Assembly (NCBI GenBank): GCA_036496685.1
Contig: DASXKT010000285.1
Coordinates: 1-49,082 of the forward strand
Origin: Phenylobacterium sp.
GTDB taxonomy: Bacteria; Pseudomonadota; Alphaproteobacteria; Caulobacterales; Caulobacteraceae
Length of the DNA stretch: 49,082 nucleotides
Direction: 5' to 3'
Numbering within the stretch: the first letter of the stretch is position 1; every line of letters starts with the position of its first letter. Below the pieces are notes generated by a model. The model was not told the origin of the DNA. It saw only the letters and a program-made list of their open reading frames with translations, and ran no database searches. Positions 11,200 through 19,639 of this stretch are shown one piece after another. The position numbers and the translations under genes were made by a program.

Positions 11200-12615
11200 C
11201 TACTCAGCCCCGCCCACGGCCCTTGGCTCGGGGTGCACCAGAACCGTCTTGATGTTCACGAACTCGTGGATGCCGAGGTCGGCGCATTCGCGGCCGTAGC
11301 CAGAGTGCTTCACCCCGCCGAACGGAAGCCGCGAGTCTGAGCGGACGTTCTGGTTCACGAAGCTCATGCCCGCTTCGAGCTCTTCAGTGGCGATGCGTTC
11401 GCCACGGGTGACGTCACCGGTCAGCACGCCGGAGCCCAGGCCGAAGGGGCTGTCGTTGGCAATCCGGATGGCCTCGGCCTCGTCCTTGGCCTCGATCACC
11501 GCGGCGACCGGCCCGAAGACCTCCTCGTCGTGGGCGGGCATGCCTGGCCGCACATCGGTCAGCACCGTCGCCGGATACCAGGCGCCTCGCTTGTCAGGGA
11601 CGGAGCCCCCGACCAGCGCGCGAGCGCCCTTGCCAACGCTGTCGGCCACCTGGCGGTGGATGTGATCGCGCGCCTCGACGCTCTCCATGGGCCCAAGCTT
11701 TGTCGCCTCGAGCCGCGGATCGCCCATGGTATAGGCGTCCATCGCCTTCACGAGCGCTGCTTCGAAGGCCTCGCGGACCTCGGCCACGACCACGAAACGC
11801 TTGCCGGCGATGCAGCTCTGGCCGCCGTTGACCATCCGCGCCGTAGCGGCGACCTCCGCGGCGGCGGGGATGTGCGCATCTTCCAGCACGACGTAGGCGT
11901 CGCTGCCGCCGAGTTCGAGCACACACTTCTTCAAGGCGCCGCCGGCCTGGCCCGCGACTTGGCGGCCGGCGTCGACCGACCCGGTGAGGCTGACCGCGGA
12001 GATGGCGTCCGACTCGATGATCGCGCGCACGTCGCGGCTTGGGATCAGCAGGGTGCGGAACACGTCGGCAGGAAAGCCAGCCTCGCGGAACACGTCCTCG
12101 ATCGCGAGCGCGCAGCCGGGAACGTTGCTGGCGTGCTTCAGCACAGCGGTGTTGCCGGCCATGAGGGTGGGCGCGGCGAAGCGAAACACCTGCCAGAACG
12201 GGAAATTCCACGGCATCACCGCCAGGATCGTGCCCAGCGGCCGGAAGGCCACCTTGGCCCGCGGACCGCCCATGTCCACCGGTCGCTCGGCCAGGAAGGC
12301 GGCGGCGTGCTCGGCGAAGTAGTCGCAATTGCCAGCGCACTTCTCGACCTCGGCGCGCCCCTCGGTCAGGGTCTTGCCCATCTCGTCGGTCATCAGGGCG
12401 GAAAACTCGTCCCGCCGCGCGCGCAGCACGGCCGCAGCGCGGCGCATCATGGTCGCCCGTTCAGCGATGCCTGTGCGCCGCCAGCTGTCGAAGCCCGCGC
12501 GAGCCTTGCCGGCGATCTGCAGCGCCTCGTCGGGCGTGTGACCTGTGTAGCTGCGGCCGGGTGTCGCCGTGGCCGGATCGATGGCCTGGAAGGTGGGCTT
12601 CGGCGCCATGTCCAT
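11200..12615 (-). CDS. NAD(P)-dependent succinate-semialdehyde dehydrogenase-like aldehyde dehydrogenase (Sad/GabD1 type)
   Basis: VMPWNFPFWQ, KHAS, LTGS, LELGGSD, GQSCIA, EEVFGP and PFGGVKHSGYGRE; AAGGAG 7 nt before the ATG at 12615. Confidence 0.92.
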   Translation of the reverse strand: MDMAPKPTFQAIDPATATPGRSYTGHTPDEALQIAGKARAGFDSWRRTGIAERATMMRRAAAVLRARRDEFSALMTDEMGKTLTEGRAEVEKCAGNCDYFAEHAAAFLAERPVDMGGPRAKVAFRPLGTILAVMPWNFPFWQVFRFAAPTLMAGNTAVLKHASNVPGCALAIEDVFREAGFPADVFRTLLIPSRDVRAIIESDAISAVSLTGSVDAGRQVAGQAGGALKKCVLELGGSDAYVVLEDAHIPAAAEVAATARMVNGGQSCIAGKRFVVVAEVREAFEAALVKAMDAYTMGDPRLEATKLGPMESVEARDHIHRQVADSVGKGARALVGGSVPDKRGAWYPATVLTDVRPGMPAHDEEVFGPVAAVIEAKDEAEAIRIANDSPFGLGSGVLTGDVTRGERIATEELEAGMSFVNQNVRSDSRLPFGGVKHSGYGRECADLGIHEFVNIKTVLVHPEPRAVGGAE

Positions 12616-12698
12616 CGGCAAACTCCTTCGCGCCCTACCCCCTCGGCGGGAACCGATCAGGGGGGAGCAGGTTGCATGCCGCCGTTCGTCTAGACGGC

Positions 12699-13805
12699 TT
12701 AACGTCCCTGCGCCGTCAACTCCAGGATCGCAACCATCAGGTGGTAGAACGACGTTGCCGGCGCCGGCTCTTCGACGAAGGTCCCGTCGTCGCGGAGCTT
12801 GTCGCGCCACACGCCACGGGCCGGAACATCGAGGTATTGCGCGAGGCCACGGGCGGCGCGCACGGCCTGGGCTTCGTCGCCCAACACCACGGCGGCCTTC
12901 AGGTGTTCGGTCTGCGGCCAGAGCCGGGCCGAACCGTCGCGGACCGAGAAGTCGTCCCAGAGTGCATTGACGGCCACCTCGCGGACGGGATCCACACCGC
13001 GCAGGCCGTTCTCGAAGAGCCGCCTTGCTGCTGCGAGGGCCTTCGGCTCGCTCCGAGACCTGCCCCAGCGTTCCAGCAGCCAGGCCCATTCGAACTGATG
13101 GCCCGGTTCGACCAGCCCCTCCTCAGCGGCGAGCGCGCGCCAATCGGCGTCAAAGAACTCGCGCATGGCCCCGGTCGCCGGATCGATGAACCGGTTCATG
13201 GCCAGGGTGGCGATGTCATCGGAAAGCGCGGCCCAACGCGATCCGCCCGCCGCCTCCCAGGCCAGCACGCTCTCGAACAGATGCATGTGGCAGTTGGCCT
13301 GGTAGGGACGGGCCCCGTTTTCGCGGAAGCCGCCGGCCGGAGTTCGGCGCGCCTCCAGCGCGGACATGGCGCGCTCGGCCTGGTGGAGGAAGTCCCCTGC
13401 GGGGTCGACCGCCTGCAGAGCCGCCATCGCCAGCAGGGCGAACGCTTGCTCGTAGATGTCGGCCGCCTCGTCCAGCGGTGTACCGTCCGCGGCGGCTCGG
13501 TTGATGAACAGGCCATCGGGGCGGCCGTAGACCTTCACGAATCGGGACCAACCCTCTTGGGCCACGGGCAGCCAGCGCTGGCCGTAGCCGGCGGTCACGG
13601 CGGAGGCGAACACAAACACCTGCCGCGCCTGCGCACGGGCCCGACGCGGCGACTCGACAGGCTGGCCTTCAACGCTCAGGGCCTCCTGGAACAGCCCTCC
13701 GACCGGGTCGACCCCGGCCTCAGCCCAAAGCGGCAGCGCAGCCTCACGCAGCCAGGCCTCATACCAGGCGGCGGCGTCCGGGAGAGTTTCGAACCTTTGG
13801 GGCAT
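12699..13805 (-). CDS. AGE-family epimerase/isomerase (mannose-6-phosphate isomerase type III-like)
   Basis: LPLW..G.D, R.R.QARQ, QANCHMHLFE, EPGHQFEWAWLL, RLWPQTE and PATSFYHL motifs. Confidence 0.9.
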   Translation of the reverse strand: MPQRFETLPDAAAWYEAWLREAALPLWAEAGVDPVGGLFQEALSVEGQPVESPRRARAQARQVFVFASAVTAGYGQRWLPVAQEGWSRFVKVYGRPDGLFINRAAADGTPLDEAADIYEQAFALLAMAALQAVDPAGDFLHQAERAMSALEARRTPAGGFRENGARPYQANCHMHLFESVLAWEAAGGSRWAALSDDIATLAMNRFIDPATGAMREFFDADWRALAAEEGLVEPGHQFEWAWLLERWGRSRSEPKALAAARRLFENGLRGVDPVREVAVNALWDDFSVRDGSARLWPQTEHLKAAVVLGDEAQAVRAARGLAQYLDVPARGVWRDKLRDDGTFVEEPAPATSFYHLMVAILELTAQGR

Positions 13806-13843
13806 CCCGCCATCATGGCGGATTCTCGAACGATCCGCGCGCG

Positions 13844-14095
13844 TCAGGCGTCACAGCTCCTGACGGCGTGGGCGACATGGAACGAACCCGAGTGCGAAAG
13901 CACGATCCAGTCCCCGCAGCGTGCGATCACCGGCCCCTCCGGCGTGCGCACCTGGACCGCGGCGCTCTCGACCACCGCGCAGGCCTCCTCTCCCAGCCAG
14001 CGCCACAGTGTGCGCCAGCTTTTCTTGTCGCTCGGCGGCGGCACGCGCAGGGCGGCGCCGTGATCAAAGGAAGGATGGAGGCGAATGGCGCGCAT
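13844..14095 (-). CDS. Small hypothetical protein (83 aa)
   Basis: Fills an otherwise empty interval; protein-like composition with a VRTPEG..A..GDWIV beta-rich motif. Confidence 0.7.
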   Translation of the reverse strand: MRAIRLHPSFDHGAALRVPPPSDKKSWRTLWRWLGEEACAVVESAAVQVRTPEGPVIARCGDWIVLSHSGSFHVAHAVRSCDA

Positions 14096-14370
14096 GGAAC
14101 CCGCGACTGACAGTGAACTCTGACAGCTGAATTCGGGGTGCTTCGGTCACCAAGTGCTTAACCGCCGCGAAGGGGCGCAGAGCAAGCCGCGGCAAAATCT
14201 CGCCTGAAACGCGTCTTGGGATGACTCTTACGGTTAAGGTTGCATATTGTCGCACCTGCGGTTTTTCGGACCTCTTTTTGAAGCGGAAATTAAAACCCTA
14301 ACCTATGGTAGAGCTGGTGTGCGCGTGTCGGGGGCGATTCCGCGCACAAGACGGTCGGGAGGATCGCAAA

Positions 14371-14796
14371 TTGGCAGACCCGTCGACGAAGGCGCCTGAT
14401 CCTATGGATGTCGCCTTGGGAGCCGCGGTGCGTATACGCCGGCGCACGATTGGCATTTCGCAAGAAGCGCTCGCAGACCAATGCGGCGTCAGCTTCCAAC
14501 AGATCCAGAAGTACGAGAACGGGGCGAATCGAATCTCCTTCTCACGCCTGGTGCAGATCGCACGCGCCCTGAAGTGCCGCGTGGTCGACCTGATGGACGT
14601 GCTGGACGGCCCGGACCGCGAGACGACCGGCGACCTCGATCTGCTGACGCGGATGCGGACGCCCGGCGCGCTCGAGCTGCTGGCGGCTTACGAACAGATG
14701 CCGCCGGAAGCCCGCGCCTCGCTGGTCGGACTGCTTCGCGCCCTGACGGCGCAGGCCACGTCGTCCGCGCCCGCCAAGAGCCGCCAGGTCGCCTGA
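14371..14796 (+). CDS. XRE-family (Cro/CI-type HTH) transcriptional regulator
   Basis: D..LG..VR.RR...GISQE.LA...GVSFQQIQKYENGANRIS; GGAGG 8 nt before TTG at 14371. Confidence 0.92.
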   Translation: MADPSTKAPDPMDVALGAAVRIRRRTIGISQEALADQCGVSFQQIQKYENGANRISFSRLVQIARALKCRVVDLMDVLDGPDRETTGDLDLLTRMRTPGALELLAAYEQMPPEARASLVGLLRALTAQATSSAPAKSRQVA

Positions 14797-14820
14797 CGCT
14801 ACGCCCGAGTCGTCGCCGAC

Positions 14821-15450
14821 TCAGCCTTCCGCGAGAAGCTTGTCGATCAGCGACTTGGCGCCCGGCCCTGCCCAATCGGCTTCGCCGGAGATTCGCCCGC
14901 GCTCCAGGCCATCCTTGCCGAGGATGATCGTGGTCGGCATCCCGTTGGCCGCCGGCGTCAGCGCCCAGGGCAGCTTCGCCTCAGGGTCGTTGAAGAAGGC
15001 CAGCGGCGCCTGCTGGGCGATGAACGCCTTGGCCTGTTCCAGCGCTTCCGGCTTGTCGATGCTGATCGCGACCACCGCCACCGGCTTGCCGGCGTAGGCT
15101 TTGGCCAGCGTGGCCAGGGTGGGCATCTCGATCTTGCAGGGCCCGCACCAGGTCGCCCACAGGTTCATGACCACGACCTTGCCCTTGAAGTCGGCCGGCG
15201 TGACCTTCTTGCCGTCGCCGTCGAAGAACACGTAGGCCGGCGGCTGCTTCCCGTCTGAAGGGTGTTCCAGCTTCTTGGTGACGTCGTGGGTGGCGCTTGC
15301 GACCGGCACAGCGGAAGGCGCTTGCGGCGCCGGCTTGGTCGAGGCCTGCACGATGATGTAGACAACCGCCGCGACGCCTATAGCAGCGGCGCCCCAGAGG
15401 GCCCATGTCAGGACCCCGCCCCTGGGCTTGGCCGCGGACTGATCGTTCAT
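14821..15450 (-). CDS. tlpA: TlpA-family membrane-anchored thiol:disulfide oxidoreductase
   Basis: N-terminal TM helix; [15 protein letters not shown] and GMPTT; conserved position next to argH. Confidence 0.9.
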   Translation of the reverse strand: MNDQSAAKPRGGVLTWALWGAAAIGVAAVVYIIVQASTKPAPQAPSAVPVASATHDVTKKLEHPSDGKQPPAYVFFDGDGKKVTPADFKGKVVVMNLWATWCGPCKIEMPTLATLAKAYAGKPVAVVAISIDKPEALEQAKAFIAQQAPLAFFNDPEAKLPWALTPAANGMPTTIILGKDGLERGRISGEADWAGPGAKSLIDKLLAEG

Positions 15451-16872
15451 ATGACAGACGACTCCTCTGACGCTCCGAAGACGGCCGGCCCCGGCGGGCA
15501 GGCCATGTGGGGCGGCCGTTTCTCGGACAAGCCTGCCGAGCTAATGCAGGCGATCAACGTCTCCATCGGCTTCGATCGCAGGCTGGCGGCCCAAGACCTC
15601 GAGGGGTCCCGCGCACACGCGGCGATGTTGCAAAAGACCGGCGTCATTACAAGCGAGGACGCCCAGGCGATCCTCAAAGGCCTGGAGACGATCGGCCAGG
15701 AGATGGCCGCCGGCACGTTCCCGTTCCGCGAAGAATTCGAGGACATCCACATGAACGTGGAGGCCCGCCTGCGCGAACTGATCGGGCCGGCGGCCGGGCG
15801 GTTGCACACCGCGCGCTCGCGCAACGACCAAGTGGCGCTCGACTTCCGCATGTGGGTGCGCGAAGCCTGCGATCGCACGCTTGCCCAGGTCCGCGCCCTC
15901 CAGAAGGCGCTGGTGGCCAAGGCCGAGCCCCATGCTGCGACCCTGATGCCGGGCTTCACCCACCTGCAACCGGCCCAGCCGGTGACCTTCGGCCATCATC
16001 TGATGGCCTACGTCGAGATGTTCGGCCGCGACGCCTCGCGATTCGCCGACGCCCGGGCGCGGATGAACGAGAGCCCGCTGGGCGCCGCCGCGCTCGCAGG
16101 CTCCCCCTTCCCCATCGACCGGCGCGCAACGGCTCGGGCCCTGGGCTTCGACGCGCCGGCCGCCAATTCGCTGGACGCCGTGGCCGACCGCGACTTCGCC
16201 CTGGAAGCCCTCGCCGCGGCGAGCATCTGCGCCATCCACCTGTCGCGCCTGGCTGAGGAGATCGTGATCTGGATGACGCCGCAGTTCGGCTTCATCACGC
16301 TCACCGACGCCTTCACGACCGGCTCGTCGATCATGCCGCAGAAGAAGAACCCGGACGCGGCCGAGCTGGTGCGCGCCAAGGCCGGACGCCTTTTGGGATC
16401 CTTCACCCAACTGGCCGTGGTGATGAAGGGTCTGCCCCTGACCTACTCAAAGGACATGCAGGAGGACAAGGTCCCGACCTTCGAGGCCTTCGACGCGCTC
16501 GAACTCTCCCTGCGCGCCATGGCCGGAATGGTCGCCGACCTGGAGCCCAACAAGGACCGCATGGCCGCGGCGGCGGGCGCCGGCTTCTCGACCGCCACCG
16601 ACCTCGCCGACTGGCTGGTGCGCGAGCTGGGGCTGCCTTTCCGCGACGCCCACCACGTCACCGGCGCCGCGGTGAAGCGCGCCGAGCAGCTGGGCTGCGA
16701 CCTGGCCGGCCTTCCGCTCGCCGAGCTGCAGGCGCTGGAGCCGGGAATCACAGCCGGCGTTTACGATGTGCTGAGCCCCGCCGCTTCCGTGGCCAGCCGG
16801 ATGAGCTATGGGGGGACCGCGCCCGACCAGGTGCGCGGCCAGATCCAGCGTTGGAAGGAAATCCTCGTATGA
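15451..16872 (+). CDS. argH: Argininosuccinate lyase
   Basis: [41 protein letters not shown] and KDMQEDK; alternative start at 15505. Confidence 0.97.
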   Translation: MTDDSSDAPKTAGPGGQAMWGGRFSDKPAELMQAINVSIGFDRRLAAQDLEGSRAHAAMLQKTGVITSEDAQAILKGLETIGQEMAAGTFPFREEFEDIHMNVEARLRELIGPAAGRLHTARSRNDQVALDFRMWVREACDRTLAQVRALQKALVAKAEPHAATLMPGFTHLQPAQPVTFGHHLMAYVEMFGRDASRFADARARMNESPLGAAALAGSPFPIDRRATARALGFDAPAANSLDAVADRDFALEALAAASICAIHLSRLAEEIVIWMTPQFGFITLTDAFTTGSSIMPQKKNPDAAELVRAKAGRLLGSFTQLAVVMKGLPLTYSKDMQEDKVPTFEAFDALELSLRAMAGMVADLEPNKDRMAAAAGAGFSTATDLADWLVRELGLPFRDAHHVTGAAVKRAEQLGCDLAGLPLAELQALEPGITAGVYDVLSPAASVASRMSYGGTAPDQVRGQIQRWKEILV

Positions 16873-17183
16873 GCCTTCACACCCTCTTACGGGCCTCGGC
16901 CGCCCTGTTGATCCTCGGCGCGCCGCTTGCGGCGTGCGGCAAGATGGGCGAGCTGGAGAAACCCGGGCCGCTGAATGGCGCCGGCCGCGCCACGACCCGC
17001 CAGGCCGACGAGCAGAACCGTCAGGCGACGGATCCGCAACGCCCCGTCGACACGGTCGACCCGCGTGACCGCACCACCGATCCGGCGCCGCCGCGCACCC
17101 TGCCTATCGAAGGCGCCCCCCGTGACCCCGGCCGCTCGGCTCCGCAAGGCGCGCTCCCGGACCCCTACGCCAATCCGCGATGA
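16869..17183 (+). CDS. Small lipoprotein (LptM/YifL/LppL-like) between argH and lysA
   Basis: Lipobox LAAC followed by CGKMGEL..P; ATGA overlaps with argH and lysA. Confidence 0.78.
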   Translation: MSLHTLLRASAALLILGAPLAACGKMGELEKPGPLNGAGRATTRQADEQNRQATDPQRPVDTVDPRDRTTDPAPPRTLPIEGAPRDPGRSAPQGALPDPYANPR

Positions 17184-18451
17184 ACCATTTCGAGCTTAAG
17201 GGGGGCGAGCTCCATTGCGAGGACGTGCCGCTCGCGAAGATCGCCGAGGCGGTTGGCACGCCGGTCTACGTCTATTCGTCGGCGACGTTGGAGCGCCACT
17301 TTACGGTGCTGCGCGACGCCCTGGTGGGCGCAGGCCTGAAGGATCCGCTGATCGCCTTTGCGGTGAAGGCCAACTCCAACATCGCCGTGCTGCGAACGCT
17401 GGCCAATGCCGGCGCAGGCGCCGACGTGGTCTCGGAAGGCGAGATCCGCCGGGCGCTCGCCGCGGGCGTGCCGGGTGACCGTATCGTCTTCTCCGGCGTC
17501 GGCAAGTCGGAGGCCGAGATCGCCTTCGCCCTCGAGACCGGCGTCTCCGAGATCAACCTGGAGTCCGAGCCTGAACTCCACCTGGTCAACAAGGTCGCCC
17601 AGCGCATGGGCCGGCGCGCGGCGGTGGCGATCCGGGTCAACCCCGACGTCGAGGCCGGCGGTCACGCGAAGATCTCCACAGGCAAGGCGGAGAACAAATT
17701 CGGCGTGTCGATGGCCGAGGCTGAGCGGCTCTACGCCAACGCCGCCAATATGGCCGGCGTGCGGCCCGTGGGCGTCGCCTGCCACATCGGCAGCCAGATC
17801 ACTGACCTCGGCCCCCTGGAGGCGGCGTTCCGCAAGATGCGCGCACTGGTCGAGCGCCTGCGCGCCGAGGGCTTGGGCGTCGAGCGCCTCGACTTGGGCG
17901 GCGGCCTGGGGGTCCCCTACTTCAACCAGCCGACGCCGCCGGAACCCAGCGAGTACGCGGCCATGATCGCCCGGGTCATGGGGGGCATGACCGACCTGCA
18001 GTTCGCCTTCGAGCCCGGCCGGATGATCGCCGCCAATGCCGGCGTGCTGGTGTCCCGCATCCTGCACGTCAACGCGAGGCCGGAGGGGCGAAAGTTCCTG
18101 GTGCTGGATGCGGCCATGAACGACCTCCTGCGGCCGGCCATGTACGACGCCTATCACGACATTCGACCGCTGAAGCCACGGGACGGCGAGCCGGTCGTGT
18201 ACGACGTGGTGGGGCCAATCTGCGAGACCGGGGACACCTTTACGCGCGACCGCAGTCTGCCGCCGCTCGTGGCGGGCGATCTGGTGGCCTTCATGACGGC
18301 TGGGGCCTACGGGGCCGCGATGTCGAGCGAATACAACAGCCGCCTTCTGGCGCCTGAAGTGCTTGTCAAAGGTTCGGAATACGCAGTCGTTCGCCCTCGC
18401 CCGAGCTACGACGATATGCTGGCGCGCGAACGAGCCGCGCCCTGGCTATGA
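17180..18451 (+). CDS. lysA: Diaminopimelate decarboxylase
   Basis: GTPVYVYS, AVKANSN, NKFG, HIGSQI, DLGGGLG, EPGR, GPICETGD and GAYG..MSS.YN. Confidence 0.97.
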   Translation: MNHFELKGGELHCEDVPLAKIAEAVGTPVYVYSSATLERHFTVLRDALVGAGLKDPLIAFAVKANSNIAVLRTLANAGAGADVVSEGEIRRALAAGVPGDRIVFSGVGKSEAEIAFALETGVSEINLESEPELHLVNKVAQRMGRRAAVAIRVNPDVEAGGHAKISTGKAENKFGVSMAEAERLYANAANMAGVRPVGVACHIGSQITDLGPLEAAFRKMRALVERLRAEGLGVERLDLGGGLGVPYFNQPTPPEPSEYAAMIARVMGGMTDLQFAFEPGRMIAANAGVLVSRILHVNARPEGRKFLVLDAAMNDLLRPAMYDAYHDIRPLKPRDGEPVVYDVVGPICETGDTFTRDRSLPPLVAGDLVAFMTAGAYGAAMSSEYNSRLLAPEVLVKGSEYAVVRPRPSYDDMLARERAAPWL

Positions 18452-18461
18452 CGGGCCGCAG

Positions 18462-18638
18462 TCAGGCCCGCGAGGGATACTGTTCCACTACGCGACCGCT
18501 GCTCCAGAGCTCCATAGCGCGCCGTTCGTGCTGCTCCTCGGCATAGTCCTTGGCTTCCGAGTCGTCGGCGACATCGAACGCCACGGCCTCCTTGATGCGG
18601 CCGCCGTCGTCGAACAGATAAAGTTGATACCTAGGCAT
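18462..18638 (-). CDS. Small hypothetical protein (58 aa)
   Basis: GGGAG RBS upstream of ATG 18638; Y.LYL.D..G.I...D.DD..A...A....ELW...R.V pattern seen in alphaproteobacterial small proteins. Confidence 0.75.
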   Translation of the reverse strand: MPRYQLYLFDDGGRIKEAVAFDVADDSEAKDYAEEQHERRAMELWSSGRVVEQYPSRA

Positions 18639-18688
18639 ACGTACTCCCGACGCCCCCACAAGCGTCGTCCAACTCTCCTGGCTGGAAG

Positions 18689-18713
18689 AACCCCCAACAG
18701 CCATGGTCGTTCC
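18689..18713 (-). promoter_or_regulatory. Candidate EcfG/SigT (general stress response) promoter
   Basis: Minus strand reads GGAAC-N17-GTT (GGAACgaccatggctgttggggGTT), ending 50 nt upstream of the 58-aa gene. Confidence 0.6.
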
Positions 18714-18741
18714 GAAAACGCCGGAAAATCGCCGCTGTTGG

Positions 18742-19611
18742 CTACTCGGCGTGGGTTTTCCGCAGGAACGCCGCCCGCTCCTTTTCGCCGGCGATACGCA
18801 GCGACACGCGTTGGCAAAGGTCTTCCTTCGAGGTCGCGGCCTGGCGCTCTCGCGCAACCAGCTGGGCGGCGATGGGCCCCACGTAGGGCTTCAGGGCGCC
18901 GGTTATCTCCTCGATCTCTTCCGGACTAATCCGGCCCGGGACCGCCGGCCCTTCGGGTATGCGCGTGGTCCGGGGCGTCACCACCTGGCCCGCGGGCCTC
19001 AGGTCCGTGGTCCAGTCCAGGAAACTCTTGCGGTCGATTGGATTGGCGATGCTCTTGGCGAGCGCCTCGTAAAGGTCCTCGCGGCTCGCCGCCTTGGCCG
19101 CGGCCTGTCGGACCAGCACGCCGGCGATCGGCCCCATGATGCCGGTGAGCCGCCGTTCGGCGTCCTGCAGGACGTCGCCCGAGAGGCCCGACGCCGCCGG
19201 TGCGGCTTCCGGCGACGGCGGCTGAGTGTCCCGCGCCTTGCCCCGGATTGTCGTCAGGCAGCGGCGGATGGCGTCGTCCAGGTCCTTCGTCGCGTCGATG
19301 AACTGCATCCGCGTCATCCGAAGCGGCGGGGTGCAAGGCGCGATCAGGATCGGGATGATGTCCTTGCGTCCGTCGAGCGCGACGGCGACCTCGTCGGCGA
19401 CATTGGCGCTGTCCGCTGACCGGGGCGAAAGGATCACGATCATGCCCTCGCAGCCGCGGACAGCGGTCTCTACGGCTCTGTCCCAGTGCTGGCTTGGGCG
19501 GATGTCGTACTGGTCGACCCAGACCGAGACGCCCGCCGCGATCAGCGCATCGGCGATCCGCAGCGCGACCCGCTCGTCCAGCCGGGCGTAGCTCAGGAAG
19601 TAGGTCGTCAT
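18742..19611 (-). CDS. TIR-domain protein with two C-terminal GPIA helical repeats
   Basis: FLSYAR.D, L...GVSVWVD..DI and ILSPRS..S.NV.DEV (Glu74); repeats at aa ~143-198 and ~228-283. Confidence 0.9.
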   Translation of the reverse strand: MTTYFLSYARLDERVALRIADALIAAGVSVWVDQYDIRPSQHWDRAVETAVRGCEGMIVILSPRSADSANVADEVAVALDGRKDIIPILIAPCTPPLRMTRMQFIDATKDLDDAIRRCLTTIRGKARDTQPPSPEAAPAASGLSGDVLQDAERRLTGIMGPIAGVLVRQAAAKAASREDLYEALAKSIANPIDRKSFLDWTTDLRPAGQVVTPRTTRIPEGPAVPGRISPEEIEEITGALKPYVGPIAAQLVARERQAATSKEDLCQRVSLRIAGEKERAAFLRKTHAE

Positions 19612-19639
19612 GGCGCAGCCTGTTCCAGGGGCGACCCTC

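Noticed and set aside
12638-12675. GCAAC-N16-GGTT (minus) and GGAAC-N16-GGTT (plus) within an imperfect palindrome upstream of the dehydrogenase
   Set aside because: The correctly oriented copy mismatches the SigT consensus and the better copy faces the wrong way; too ambiguous
12616-13089. Apparent 158-aa N-terminal extension of the aldehyde dehydrogenase (similar extensions on argH, asnB, plsC and the bkd genes)
   Set aside because: They overlap neighbouring genes; better starts with RBS or coupling exist downstream
12561-14063. Long alternative-frame or antisense ORFs (500 aa here; also 39910-41448, 45030-46349, 31402-32634, 11530-12693)
   Set aside because: They overlap well-supported genes, lack recognisable motifs, and are expected shadows of high-GC codon bias
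18742-19611. Thoeris, CBASS or Pycsar defence assignment for the TIR gene
   Set aside because: No ThsA-like, cyclase, STING or other known partner gene nearby
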